Shown here: in pieces, positions 12,170 through 24,881 of the stretch
How positions within the stretch are numbered: the first letter of the stretch is position 1
How the letters are laid out: every line of letters starts with the position of its first letter
NCBI RefSeq assembly: GCF_000150275.1
Contig: NW_002060955.1
Coordinates: 350,886-414,885 of the forward strand
Source: Trichoplax adhaerens
Taxonomy: Eukaryota > Animalia > Placozoa
Direction: 5' to 3'
DNA: 64,000 nucleotides
Notes under the pieces: model-generated
Database searches by the model: none
Told to the model about the DNA's origin: nothing
What the model saw: only the letters and a program-made list of their open reading frames with translations
Made by a program: the position numbers and the translations under genes

Positions 12170-13110
12170 CTGATGTTAGTGCATAGTTACGACCAGAGAG
12201 AGCAACCTCTACACTCTAATGAAGACTTGCAAGTGTTGAGAAGGCTTACTCAAGATTGTGCAGACATCCTACGGTATAATGGTATAATCCACTTGTAATA
12301 AAAGTGTCTCACAATAACTATCTTAGGCAAGTGGTATTTTCTAAAAGGCTTTAGGACTTGCAAGTGTTAGGAAGACTTACGCAAGATTCTACAAATACTC
12401 TACGGCAGAGATCTGCAACATCTTGTCTACCTGATATTAGTGCAGTATTAATGACACTGAATAGCTATGCTGCAACCAGAAGGAGCAACTTCTGCAGTTA
12501 GGACTTGCAAATGATAGGAAGGCTTACTCAAGATTTTACAGACACCCTACGGCGGAGGTCTGCAACATCTTGTCTACCTGATATTAGTGCAGTATTAATG
12601 ACACTGAATAGCTATGCTGCAACCAGAAGGAGCAACTTCTGCAGTTAGGACTTGCAAGTGATAGGAAGGCTTACTCAAGATTTTACAGACACCCTACGGC
12701 GGAGGTCTGCAACATCTTGTCTACCTGATATTAGTACAGTATCGATGGCACAGAATAGCTATGTTGCGACCAGAAGGAGCAACCTCTATAATTAGGACTT
12801 GCAAATGTTAGGAAGGCTTGCTCAAGATTGTGTAGGCATCCTACGGTATAAGCGTGTAATCCACCGTCGAAGATAGAAAAACCGGGAGAGGTCTGTGGAC
12901 TAATAGAGGTTCCTCCTCAATACTTCACTAATGTCAGGCAGATTAGGACTTCCCAAGTGTTAGAAAGGCTTATTGAAGATTCTACAGACACCCGACTGTA
13001 GAATGGTAAATAATCTACCATTGAGGCTACAAAAGTTGGGAGGGGGTCTGCGGACTAGTGCATCCAGTCTGCACAAACAGACTTGACTGCTTGTACTGAT
13101 GGTTGTCCTG
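12170..13110. repeat. 147-bp-unit tandem repeat family: near-identical core copies, degenerate flanks, one more degenerate unit at ~13760-13900
   Basis: ctgatattagt(g/a)cagtat starts at 12431, 12578 and 12725 (period 147). The ttaggacttgcaagtgttaggaaggcttactcaagatt...cagacaccctacgg block recurs near 12225, 12351, 12792, 12943 and 13817. Confidence 0.92.
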
Positions 13111-13128
13111 ACATTTAGAAACCTCTAA

Positions 13129-13756
13129 AATATTAGTGTAGTATTGAGAACAAAAAATAGCTTTTACGAATCCTAGTTATTAGCTTGCTCATCTCTAATT
13201 ATGCCTAAATTATTCTATGTTACAACGTAGAATAATATTAGTGCAGTATTGAGAACAAAAATAGCTATTACGAATCCTAGTTGTTAGCTTGCTCATCTCT
13301 AATTATGCCTAAATTATTCTGTTACAACGTAGAATAATATTAGTGCAGTATTGAGAACAAAACAGAGCTTTTACGAATCCTAGTTATTAGCTTGCTTATC
13401 TCTAATTATGCCTAAATTATTCCATGTTACAACGTAGAATAATATTAGTGCAGTATTGAGAACAAAACAGAGCTATTACGAATCCTAGTTGTTAGCTTAC
13501 TCATCTCTAATTATGCCTAAATTATTCCATGTTACAACGTAGAATAATATTAGTGCAGTATTGAGAACAAAACAGAGCTATTACGAATCCTAGTCGTTAG
13601 CTTACTCATCTCTAATTATGCCTAAATTATTCCATGTTACAACGTAGAATAATATTAGTGCAGTATTGAGAACAAAACAGAGCTATTACGAATCCTAGTT
13701 GTTAGCTTGCTCATCTCTAATTATGCCTAAATTATTCTATGTTACAACGTAGAATT
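13129..13756. repeat. 105-bp-unit minisatellite, 6 copies
   Basis: The unit aatattagtgcagtattgagaacaaaacagagctattacgaatcctag...ttatgcctaaattattccatgttacaacgtagaat starts at ~13129, 13234, 13336, 13441, 13546 and 13651. Confidence 0.95.
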
Positions 13757-15484
13757 ATGTTACTGAGTAGCAATAGCCATGTTACGACCAGAGGGAGAAC
13801 CTCTCTACGTGTATGGTTAGGACTTCTAAGGGTTAGGAAGAGTTACCGTAGCTTGTGCAGACACCCTACGGTATTCACGCCGACGAGGGTATAAAAATTG
13901 CAGGTACTAGGTAGCTAATGGACTGTTTTATTAGTCTACTATACTTTTAATTCATTCTTGATAGATGCGATAACTATTCTACAATGGCAGTATTGCAGCA
14001 TGCAAATATTCTACGAAGCCAGTGGATAAGTATGCAAAGTATCACCAATAGAGTAATTTCCTTTAAATAATAGTTCTAAATTTTATTAATGTCAAGCCTC
14101 TTTATCATCATTTCCGCATTATAAAGTTTAGATTGATTGAAACAGTCATAAGTAGTCGTAAGCTATCGTATACCTATCAATCTTGTTACATTAGTGAATA
14201 GCTTAATACAGAATAATTCGAAGGAGTACAGCAGAGATTAATGCCTCCAATAATAAGTGAGCAAGTGCAAAAGAGAGTACTACAAATTACACTAATTCTA
14301 ATCTATTTTTCAGCAGTCCTCCCTATATCAATTTGCTGTTTTAATACTGTAATTTCTTCCGCGCTAAACTCTAAGTGTGATACTGTATTTTTTTGTAGAC
14401 CTCGTCTATTCCATAGAGACACGGACTTTGAGGCTTCTAGAGAAGTGCGGAAGTAGCTACAAACTACATTTCCTTGCCTATAAATTCCTTATTCGAGTAA
14501 TCGCTATGACATCAAATGGATCTCCAATTTCTTTTTACTCACGATATCTTTTACTCTAAAAACTATGTCGACAAGAATTAATTATGATGCACATAAACAT
14601 GATAAAAGTTATTTCATGTAGTCGTTGTCAGTAATATTTCAATACAGGAAGAATAAAACTGTATCAATTCTGTTCATTTACACTGACTGTAAAATACGAG
14701 TAACAACACTGATGAATGAGTTTAATCAATCAAATTAGCATTTATTATGTCAAATGATTAATTATAACGATTCGACATCAAAGCAAAAACAATTAAAAAA
14801 TAAAGTAAGTATAAAACAATGTATCAAAATATTGCAATACAGCAATTCTTGCTGTATTTCTCCTGACAGACAAAGTTCAGCCTACTACTATCTTGGAACA
14901 AAGTAAGTCATGCGAGTTTAAATACTACCGCAAATCTACCACCGTCAATGCATTAATAACAGTCCATTATTAGACTACGTTGGTGATCGTGAACATACAG
15001 TAAGACTGCATTGGGACTTGAATTAGAATGCTATGAACGCCTGATAACCACATGACTACGTGTTAAAAATAAATCTACATCCAGAATATAATAATTTGAT
15101 ATTACAACATTCAAAAAAGGAATGTACGGCCAATAAAACTTCCATGTCGCTAAAAATTAGTAATTTCTACAGTAGTATCAATTGGCAATGCTGCAAACAA
15201 CATAAACAAATTATTATCTGCACTGAGTGTTAACAGCGTGTTGCGAAAATATCCTCAACCTCCATCTTACAAATATGCATGCTATAATTAATAACTTATA
15301 ATTAAGAAATTTCAAATAATTTTCAATTAAAAAAATAGGTAAAAAGCTTTCCAACTTAAACGATGAATGGTACATTTCAGAGCAGCCCTGTGGGCATTTT
15401 CTACAACGATAATATGTCTATTTTGGCCACCATAGTGTCCCAATCTTCTATTGTATTGTACATAACCTCTATAATGTTCGCTGT

Positions 15485-18400
15485 TTAACTTTCAATGACA
15501 GCTCGCTAAAGAACTAATTGATTATTAACTGTGATTAGACTTTGCGCGACAAGTAAACATCTCAGGAGGCAACTAGCTAGTAAAATATACTAAAGTAATC
15601 AAAGTTAATTTCTTACCTTTCTCGGCAGCATTTCCTTGCTTGAGAGTGTGTCATCAAATCTAAATATAAAAAAGCGATTCTTACAATGTACATCCTATTA
15701 AGTCTAGCTATTTATAGCCTGTAAAACTTACTTCCTAAAAAGTACTTCATGTTCAGCTATGATATCATGCAACGAGCCGAGAGCAATATCCACTTCACCT
15801 ATTGCCATTTCTTCATTGGAATGCTGCGATATGATATTATCATTAGACCGATAAAGCGAAAATGTTATTCAAATCTAACTTATCTAGCTATAATGATACG
15901 TATTACAATTGCCTAATTTTTACTTCAAGTATCCTACTACCTGCAACTGAAAAAGAGTAGGCGTAAAAACCAACGCAAGGTTGTCTACCGACATCAGATT
16001 TATTCGATAATGTTCTGACACACTAAAACGTAAAATGATAAAAAAATTATTTTTAATATGCATATTGCCTATTTTGTAAATAGAATTTATTCTTTAAATT
16101 ATAATAAAAAATTCTACAGGGCTAAAATTTATGATAATACGGAATAATATTATAGTACGTATAATACTGGTTTCTGTAAGGGCATGATCAAAGTTAGCTG
16201 AGTTCAATATAGCAAAGAGTATGTATTTATATTTCTAGCAGTAATACATGCAACTAACTCTCCTTCATACCTAACAAGATGTTTTATCAAGTATCGGCAA
16301 GTTCGATAATTAACTTCGGGCAAGTCATCTAAAAATCCTTTCAGAGCTTCAATCTTTTCAGATTTACTATTGATACCTACATGGAAGGAGTGATGAGTAA
16401 AAATAAGTAAACACCAAATTATAGCCTACGAAATTTTAACTATTATTTAACTTACTGTAAGTACAAATGATACTATCTGACCGCCTTTGCGTAAAGATCG
16501 ATTCCGGTAATGTACGAAAATATTTCTTAAGTGTTGATGCAACATCATGTACCGAATAGACTTCTGGATCTATGACTACATTAGCAGCATCTGAAATAGA
16601 GCAAACGGTTCAAGTTTTGATCATTATTGTCACAGTAAATACAATAATACAAATTTATCAATACATATGTGTCTATCGAATACATAAAATTTGACGGCAA
16701 TTCGGTACTACATGGCACTAATTCGTTAAAGCTAACTATACTTTTTACCTGCGTTAAACGCCTTACGCAGCTGCTCAACCATATTATTTCTACCACTCTT
16801 TCTGTAAATGCCTTCTTCTTGAAGGCCTATCAAAGCAATTGATGTACGTCAATTAATGTAATCTTTTAGCACAAAGAATTTCTTCAACTTCATTGTATGG
16901 CTTATTCACTAAATTCTACTTAGTATTTTGAGCTCACTAACCATATTCGGCAATGAAGCGTATACAAGTATCGACAACGTATGGAATACCGTCAGCAGTA
17001 TCTTGGTGTTCAATTGGAACCTCGAAAACCTGGCCGATATCAGCGAAATTTAGAATTTAGCAGTCGTCAGTGTTATGATAAAAAAAGCAAGATCGATGCG
17101 TACTAACATCAAAAAAGGATTGCTCTCCTTACTTTACAATATAGCGTGAATGGCATTACTGTTAAATTAAAACGCAATAACCTTAATTTTCCATGTAATC
17201 GCTTCAACCCATTCTCTTGCTTCTTCCGCATTACTTGCACGACAGGTGTAACTTCTGTATCAATTCAAGGTCAGTAAATCATTAGCTCGAAACATTGAAT
17301 AAACAACCTCGTGCTTGATATATATTGAACTGTAACATAAAGCTGTTTGAAGCGATATTTTACAACACTTTGACTATAATTACAAAGCATATGACTATAC
17401 CGTTGTTGTGTAGATATTACAATCTCGCAATTTCCTAAAATTGAAGAGGATAAAAGTAAAAAGAGAATTTACAAATTACTTTACGTCAATGCCAAATATA
17501 GGAATGTTTTCCGTAAAGTTTTCCATGAAAGAATCTCATACCTTGTACAGATACATCAGTTATTGAGCTTACGCTGATTCTACCAGCCACCTATTGAATA
17601 AGAATGTACTATTTTTATTAGATGACTTCGTTATAAATGTGGACATGTACGCGTATATTTTACTTACGGATGCATCCTTATGATAAATGAGTTCCTTTGG
17701 TGTTAAAACAAAGTAACGTTTGAGGAATCTCTGTAAAACATATCGATCAATGTGTTTCCATTACAAAGACAGTGAGTATGCGATGAATTCAATATAGGTA
17801 AGTAATCAAAATATCTTTTTCATCAATATTTACATCATAAGTTTGGGGTCCTTTCTTGTCTAGGTATCCTTGCTTGATGATTTCAGAACTAGGTGGTAAC
17901 TGTAAACATACCATGAAAATCAATAGTCAATTTCAAAAGTAGAGGAAGGGGCAACTTTTAATAATTTTGCAATTTTTTTCTGATGCAGAGCAATATTCTC
18001 TATGAGCGTCATGAACTGTTAGTAGGTCACAAAAATGGGTCAAAAGTAGCATCAATATTTGGAATCAAATACAAATTAAACATTAACTATAGAATCTAAA
18101 TAGGAATAACTTTTATTAATGTCAGAACCAATTTTAGCTTGAGAATACCTTAACCGAGGATAACTTTCCAGGATTTAACATTTCACCACCCAAATCTAAT
18201 ATTATTAATTTAATTTAAAACCGTAAGATACTAGTACAGTTAGGCTGTCATGAAATAATAGTATGAATTTGTACCATCATAATGGGCTTGCAATAATTCC
18301 TAAAGTAAATAAAATACAGTAATTAAATGCGAGTAGCGATAGACTCTGTAGCAAAAAATTTCATTCGAGCTGCTTGAGCAATATCGTACCACTTGTAGCG

Positions 18401-21400
18401 GTTGATCGTGAAGAATAGCCGACTGAATGGCTGTCATAGATTCATGAGTAAAAGATGCAGGTATATATTTTTAGAATTAAAATACAACTATCGATGATTT
18501 AAATTAAATTCACGTAATATAATTTCAGTATTATCTTACGAGAAAAGCCTTCCGTGCTCACATATTTCACCTTGATGTAAAAATTAGTGATATGATGTAA
18601 CAAAATGATTTCATAGTATCAAATTATAAGACTATCAAAATCAGTGTAGAGAAAAGGGATCAGCGTCACTAAAATTTTTAAGCTATCGACATTAATTTTT
18701 GCACATCATGTTACAATACAACGACATAATAGAAAAGTGAAACACTAGACTACAAAGACATTTAGGCGTCTATAAGTCGACTACACTACATCGGATACTT
18801 ACATCGGCACCAGAGAGTAATAAATTAAGAGTTTCAAGGATATTATCGGTTTTTACAACCTCGCATAAAGCCTTACAAATAAATTAGAATAAAAATTAGT
18901 ATATCTGCTAGCACCATGCATACTCGATATTTATTTTTTATGAAGATTATCCTTTCCTGCATGGATATAGATATGATAACTATTTCGTAAAGTTTACCTC
19001 TCCCAATCCTTTTGCATCGCCTTTGAATTTAGAAAATTGATAAAATTCTTTCTTTACGTATTTACTTTTAATAAATTCCAGCCTTTGAACACTAAAAGGT
19101 AAACGTCAAAGTTGAAAATTTGATCATGAAATTACAAAATTTTTAAATAGTGAAATTTTTTGCGTACTCATTCACATTCGGATTAATCTTATCGTATTGT
19201 GTAATGGCATATTGGAAAAATTTGTTTGAATTCTTATTGCCTATTTCTTGGAAAAGCTAATGGATTGAAGAGTAAAATATTCTTTCAAGATAAAGACTGA
19301 AATTATTGGAAGGACTATTTATTAGTTAATAACGGTCACAGCAGCCAGCCAATAATTTATTTGTTGATCTTTCATCTGCTTTTATTACCTTGATACGAGC
19401 AGGAGTCCATTTGGAATCTAAGGTAATTGATTTAACTTTAGAAAAATCGGTACTGATTTTACGATGGAAGCCAGCGCATTTCTCACATATAGTTATGCCT
19501 AAGTTAATAACGGCCCATTCGGGATCTCTAGATAGACAGTCCGCACAAATTCTATTACTGCTGTTATGGTAGATATATTTCTTAACTTCCATTGCAGGGA
19601 GTGAGCCACCATCATCAAGATTTTGTAATGCAATCTTGATAGCTCCTTGTATGGTAGAGATCCATGCTAGCATGTCTTCTTCGTTCTCTGCTTGCAACTT
19701 CAATTCTTTATCGCATAAACTCAAAATAAATTTATATTTGGCTCTGTCTTGAATTCGAACACTAGACGTCTTACTATCAATTCTTCGCAGCACTTTATTG
19801 TCTAAGTAATCTTGTTGATTGTGATAACAGCATATGTATTGATCTTTAATAACCATAAATAATTTTTTCCCACCCGATCTTTTGAGATAACCAGCTTTGG
19901 TAGGATTTTCCATGTTTCCTCCGGTTAACTCCTCCACTCGTCGAGTTTCCTTTATAATTCCACTAGTTAACGCCATAACCCACAGCTGTACATCTTCAAA
20001 CGTTCCAGTCTTAAAATTATATTGTTCAGGAAATGTGTCTAAAACGAATTTAAAGCCGCTTTTGGCGTTATCGGATTTTATTTCAGCACTTTTCATTTCC
20101 GACACTGGAACGATATCTAACAATTTATTCTTTTCTTCGTTGTCATAAAACTTCAAGGTCTTTGAATCATATTTCACCCATATCTTTTCCGATGGAATTC
20201 GAGATTTAGAAACAGTTAGGTATCCTTCACGTGCCATACTACTGGCAGCTTTCTAAATTGGTAAAAAAAAAAACATCCAAGCTAGAGTAAATATTGATGA
20301 TATAAAGCAATAGACATCATCACGTATCTTGTAATACTATGATGTTACCACTCTTACAATATTCATCACATCCATGGTAGACCAATAAATTGTCAGTTAA
20401 TTCATAGCAATCAACTTCAAACTAATACCTTAGCATCTTCCGGTTTCGAAATGAAAGGCTGGAATGAGTGCTGCACCTAGTTGATAATTAATGATAATAT
20501 TTCCTTAATGAAATACGAAATCAAATGATTAGAAATGAAATACACTACGCGTGGCAATTGAACATATTGAGAAACTTTTAAAAAGGACATTGCTGTATTT
20601 CATTCCAACGCATGGTACAGTAGTTATGAAGGCGATTTAACAGATAGAGCTACTGTAAGTTTATAAATTCAGCATTATTCGTATAATTATCGACTGGTCC
20701 TGGATTGAAAGACTATACTACAATCTTGCAACACTAAAGTGAAATATTGCTGATGGTGTTGCAATTTTGCCAGAAGTAGAATTGCCAAGATTAGCTGTTA
20801 TTATGTCAATAAATTACAAAAGCAAATAACTCCATTAATTCTAAGGTAGTATAGCACAAGGACAGTAACTGCTGCCACTTTGAATATTTTTTTCGATTAG
20901 TTGGCCAATAAAATAGCCCATACGTATCAATATTCATGAACTGTAGTGATCTATACCGTAATCCAGTCTGCCGTTTCGTCGTCTTCTTCCACTGCTATAG
21001 CTTGAAAGCATGGAAGAAATGGAATAAATGATTAATCATTGATATCAAATGTCATCTAGGTAACAAAGTATTCTAATCATCGCATGGATGGGTATCAATA
21101 ATGGAAAAGGTACATATAACTGTGTTGCAGTTTAGTATGACATGAGTACTGTCTAAAATGGTGAGGTAAAATGGAAATTATATGCCAACTATTTCTTGGT
21201 TGTTTTTCATGTTTAAATAATGTCGATGTACAGTAAGTTCCATGTTTGAATTGATCTTCAAGCAAGACTGTCGTATTGAGAAGGTGTTCTATACCATCAT
21301 CTAGATTATTCAAATATTTATCCTCTCTATTAAATGATGCAGTACTTACGAGGTGGTTCTATTAGACTGTTAGGAGGAGCCCGAGGAGAGGATTGAACGT

Positions 21401-21914
21401 AGCTTGCTGGCGATGTAGGTGTCCTTGGCGAGCGGTTTTCAACAGATTTCGGCAATTCTGGCGGTAGCCGTCCGGGTCGTTGTTTAGCTGGCGTTGGATT
21501 TTGTTCAGGTATAGGCCCATGAGCATAAATATGATAGTCAGAATCAGTGCTTGAATCATCCAATTGATAGAAACTTTGATGTATTGAGCTATCGCGGATG
21601 GATTGATAGGCAGATTCTTCCGAGAGAGAATCGCGATTTCGCGTTGGAGTGGGTGGTTTGGGTCGGTAAACTTCTGGAAAACTTGATTGTCTATTCATAT
21701 GGCCCACTTTCTCCTTGGGTGTTGAGCTTGTGGCATCGGCGCCATGTTCGGATGATGTCCGATGTAAGAGATCAGGTCTAGGTGGAGGAACGGGTGGTGG
21801 TGGCTTCCTATTCGGTGGACGAATATTACTATATGGGCTGGAAGAATTAGCAACGGCAGGTTGAGGCTCTGGTGGTCGACGAGCCGGTCTAACTTTTGGT
21901 TTAATATCGGTCAT
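15485..21914 (-). CDS. ARAP: ARAP/centaurin-delta-like protein: Pro-rich, PH, PH, ArfGAP, ankyrin, PH, RhoGAP (~24 exons)
   Basis: The exon chain stays in frame: 21914-21350 (Pro-rich), 20994-20957, 20476-20429, then 20252-19389 (two PH domains plus ArfGAP zinc finger CADC-x16-CEKC-x4-R). It continues through small ankyrin exons (~18270-18870), PH exons (IIKQGYLDKKGP, RYFVLT, EAREWVEAI) and RhoGAP exons (GIPYVVDTCIRFI, GIYRKSG with Arg finger, DVASTLKKYFRTLPE, NLMSVDNLALVFTPTL). Last exon 15505-15485 (RAVIES*). Confidence 0.9.
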
Positions 21915-21937
21915 GATGTCCTATGAACACCAATACG

Positions 21938-22445
21938 ATGAGAAAGTTAGAAAGCAGGCGCCCAACTACGATAGCATAACTTACTTTGTTACTATTTGAT
22001 GTAGTATTAGCAGTAATAGCATATCAAAGATAGAAAACATTGCTCAAAAATGATTGCAATTATTTGACGTACATTGAAGATGATGTGAAAGCTAGAAAGT
22101 AGCGCCCAAAGGGCATAACTTATTTTGTAACTATCTAATGTAGTATGAGCAGTAATAGCATGTCAAAAGTTTGAAAGTATTACTCCAAAATGATTGCAAT
22201 GATTTGATGTACTATTTCACTACAAAATAGGATGTGAAAGTTAGAGAAAGCAGCCAGCAAGTGTCCAAGTGTATAACTCACTTTGTAACTATTTGATGTT
22301 GTAGGAGCAGTAATAGCGTGTCAAAGTTAGATAGCATTGCTCAAAAACTTTTACAACTACGTATTTAGTGTCCTACTAGCATTGATAGGATAAGAAAAGT
22401 GAGTAAGTAGTGCATAGTGCCATAGCATAAAATGCACTTTGCAAC
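21938..22445. repeat. Degenerate ~145-155-bp tandem array (3.5 copies) just upstream of the ARAP first coding exon
   Basis: gatg(a/t)gaaag(t/c)taga..g...ataact(t/c)a(c/t)tttgt..ctat....tgt.gta..agcagtaatagc starts near 21938, 22082, 22231 and 22388. Confidence 0.85.
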
Positions 22446-24631
22446 TCCTTCTCACACTTCGTTTGTGAGCTAAATGCGATCAGAACAGGATGGTAACATT
22501 TACTGTCCCAGCAATAAAGTTCAGGCAGGATTCGTGGGCAAAAAACTTGGATTTGATTGACTAAATGGCGTTAATTGGATTACTGGCCATCCACTAAACG
22601 AGCGATCTTAGAAGTCATCAAGTAACTTATCACACTGGTAGAATGAATAAGTGGAAAGTTTGCCTCTTTCGTGGACACCAGTAATATGATAGTCAAGAAG
22701 TAACTAGGCTAGAATCAGAAAAGATGAACGTTAAGCTAAAGATGCATGAATAAGGGGATTTGACAGATGGATTAATAATCAATTTATTTAGACGCAATGA
22801 GAATGGTATCGCTTGAACAAACATTTAGTAATGTATTTCCGACCATTGTTGGCCTATTATTGCACTTTGCGATGCGATGATCATTTCTGTCCATTTTAAA
22901 CTCATTTTCAATATCGTTGTAGCCAATACTTTAGTCAATTCGAAGTTGTCTATCAGCGCCAATGAATGTTAAAATAATCTACCATACGTATAGGAGCATT
23001 GAATGATGAAAATAAATGAACCTGATTGCAGACAACAGGAAAGAGGCAACATATGCTAGTAGAGTACACTAGATACGCATATTCAAGGACATGAAGTTGC
23101 TATTTTATTGCTGTAGGTGATTAGTCACTAAGAACTTGTAAAATGCGATTCTACTGTACGTCTAGGGCATCCGTTGGCGTATTATGCTAAATATGCTATG
23201 GTGAACTGTAAACTATTCTAGCATGCTCAATTAAATTAGGATATATCCCGTATCTGATTTGGCGACCATGACATTTTGTAATGGGTTATTTGGAAGAAAT
23301 GAAGTTATTATCCCAGCGAGATTGATCGAATGTCGCTGCGATTAACATCCACTGACGAGTATTGCCGTCAAGGCATTTTGATCAATACGACATGAATGCC
23401 ATCTCCATGATTTAAAGTCCTAGCCATAGAGGTAAAAGGAGAGCAGATCGAATAATCCCTTTAGTAAGAGGATTCAAGAATCGATAGAAATAATACGCTC
23501 TAACATTTACTAGCGAGTAATTAGTCGTCATGTCAAGCCATTTTGAGCAAGACTACGTGACTGCCATCTCCGTGATTGCAAATTTTAGTCATAGAAGTAA
23601 AACGAATGCAGATTTTGATACCGTAGATGGATCAAACTCCTTCACTTTGCTTGACTAAATACTTGCTATACTATACTACGAAACACACTTCTATATTCAA
23701 AAATTGGGAAATTAGTCCCATCCTCAAAAAGAGCGTTCAACGCATCAACATCACTTCACTGAATATGCGTTATACGGTACTAGGTATCCCTCGATCGAAA
23801 AGTTTTTCCTTTACTTTTGATTTGCCTTAGACGAATTAAATGAAGCTCCGAGCAGTAAAATGAGTGTTATGTTATACCTAAAAGCATAATCGATAGGTAG
23901 AAGAGCATTTGGTTTTCATGCGACATCATGGCCAAAGTAGTATTAAAATCACCCTTATCAACAGCAAAAGGGATTGAGAAAATGACTGAAAGTAAGGTAC
24001 AGAACTATTGTGCTGAAAATGGTAATCAGGTAGACATGATTTCTTGGCCGCCTGCCTGCGCCATTTCCTATCATCATCTGTCATTATAGACTGTATCATG
24101 GATAGACAATACCCTACACTACGTTAATTGACGTTGTCTCCCATGTTTTTTTAATTAAGGACGCCAGAAAATGGGCGATGATATCATTATGGAGAAACTA
24201 CTTGTCCTTGTTGGTTGCATGTTGTTTTTGAAGTAGTATAGCAGTGAGTGAATTTTGGCTATAAAGGAGTATATAGCTCCATCGACGATCGCTTTCGAGA
24301 GAGATATAGCAAATGGATTTGTCTATTACCGAGTGAAAATACGAATAAACCATCACCCCATCAAGACCATTTAAATTAATTAACCATGACTATTTCCTCT
24401 CCTACGGTCCAAGCCCTAGTCTACGATCGGCCTTTCTCACTCATCGCCACTCCAGATTACAACTTGATGCATTCATCGTTTTACCATTAGGCTTTTGTTT
24501 AATCTTCATCATAATATGAATTATATATTTATTCAAGATTTATGTACAGTTGATGACGAGGCTACGCCTAAGAAATCGACTGCTAACAGTGTTGTTTCTA
24601 TTCCATGATGATGTCGGTGTACGGATAGGCA

Positions 24632-24881
24632 TGAGAATACAAATGGAACAAGCGATCGAGGATAATCCCTTGTCATGGCTGAGGTTACCACACAAGGTGA
24701 TAATCTAAAATAGACAATTATTTCCCTTGCTGATGCATTCAATCCATTTTGTAACTTGAGAATACAAATGGAACAAGCGATCGAGGATAATCCCTTGTCA
24801 TGACTGAGGTTACCACACAAGGTAATGATCTAACATAGGCGATTATTTCCCTTGCTGATGGATTCAATCTATTTTGTAACT
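24632..24881. repeat. Recent 125-bp tandem duplication
   Basis: tgagaatacaaatggaacaagcgatcgaggataatcccttgtcatg...ttttgtaact occurs at 24632 and 24757 with few mismatches. Confidence 0.95.

Noticed and set aside
12170-13760. Repeat arrays as CRISPR-like loci
   Set aside because: Units are contiguous with no unique spacers, there are no cas genes, and the context is eukaryotic.
14300-14560. Protein-like minus-strand fragments (..YFRTSLEASKSVSLWNRRGLQKNTVSHLEFSAEEITVLKQQIDIG..)
   Set aside because: Surrounded by stops, no recognisable family, and does not resemble a missing ARAP RA or PH exon.
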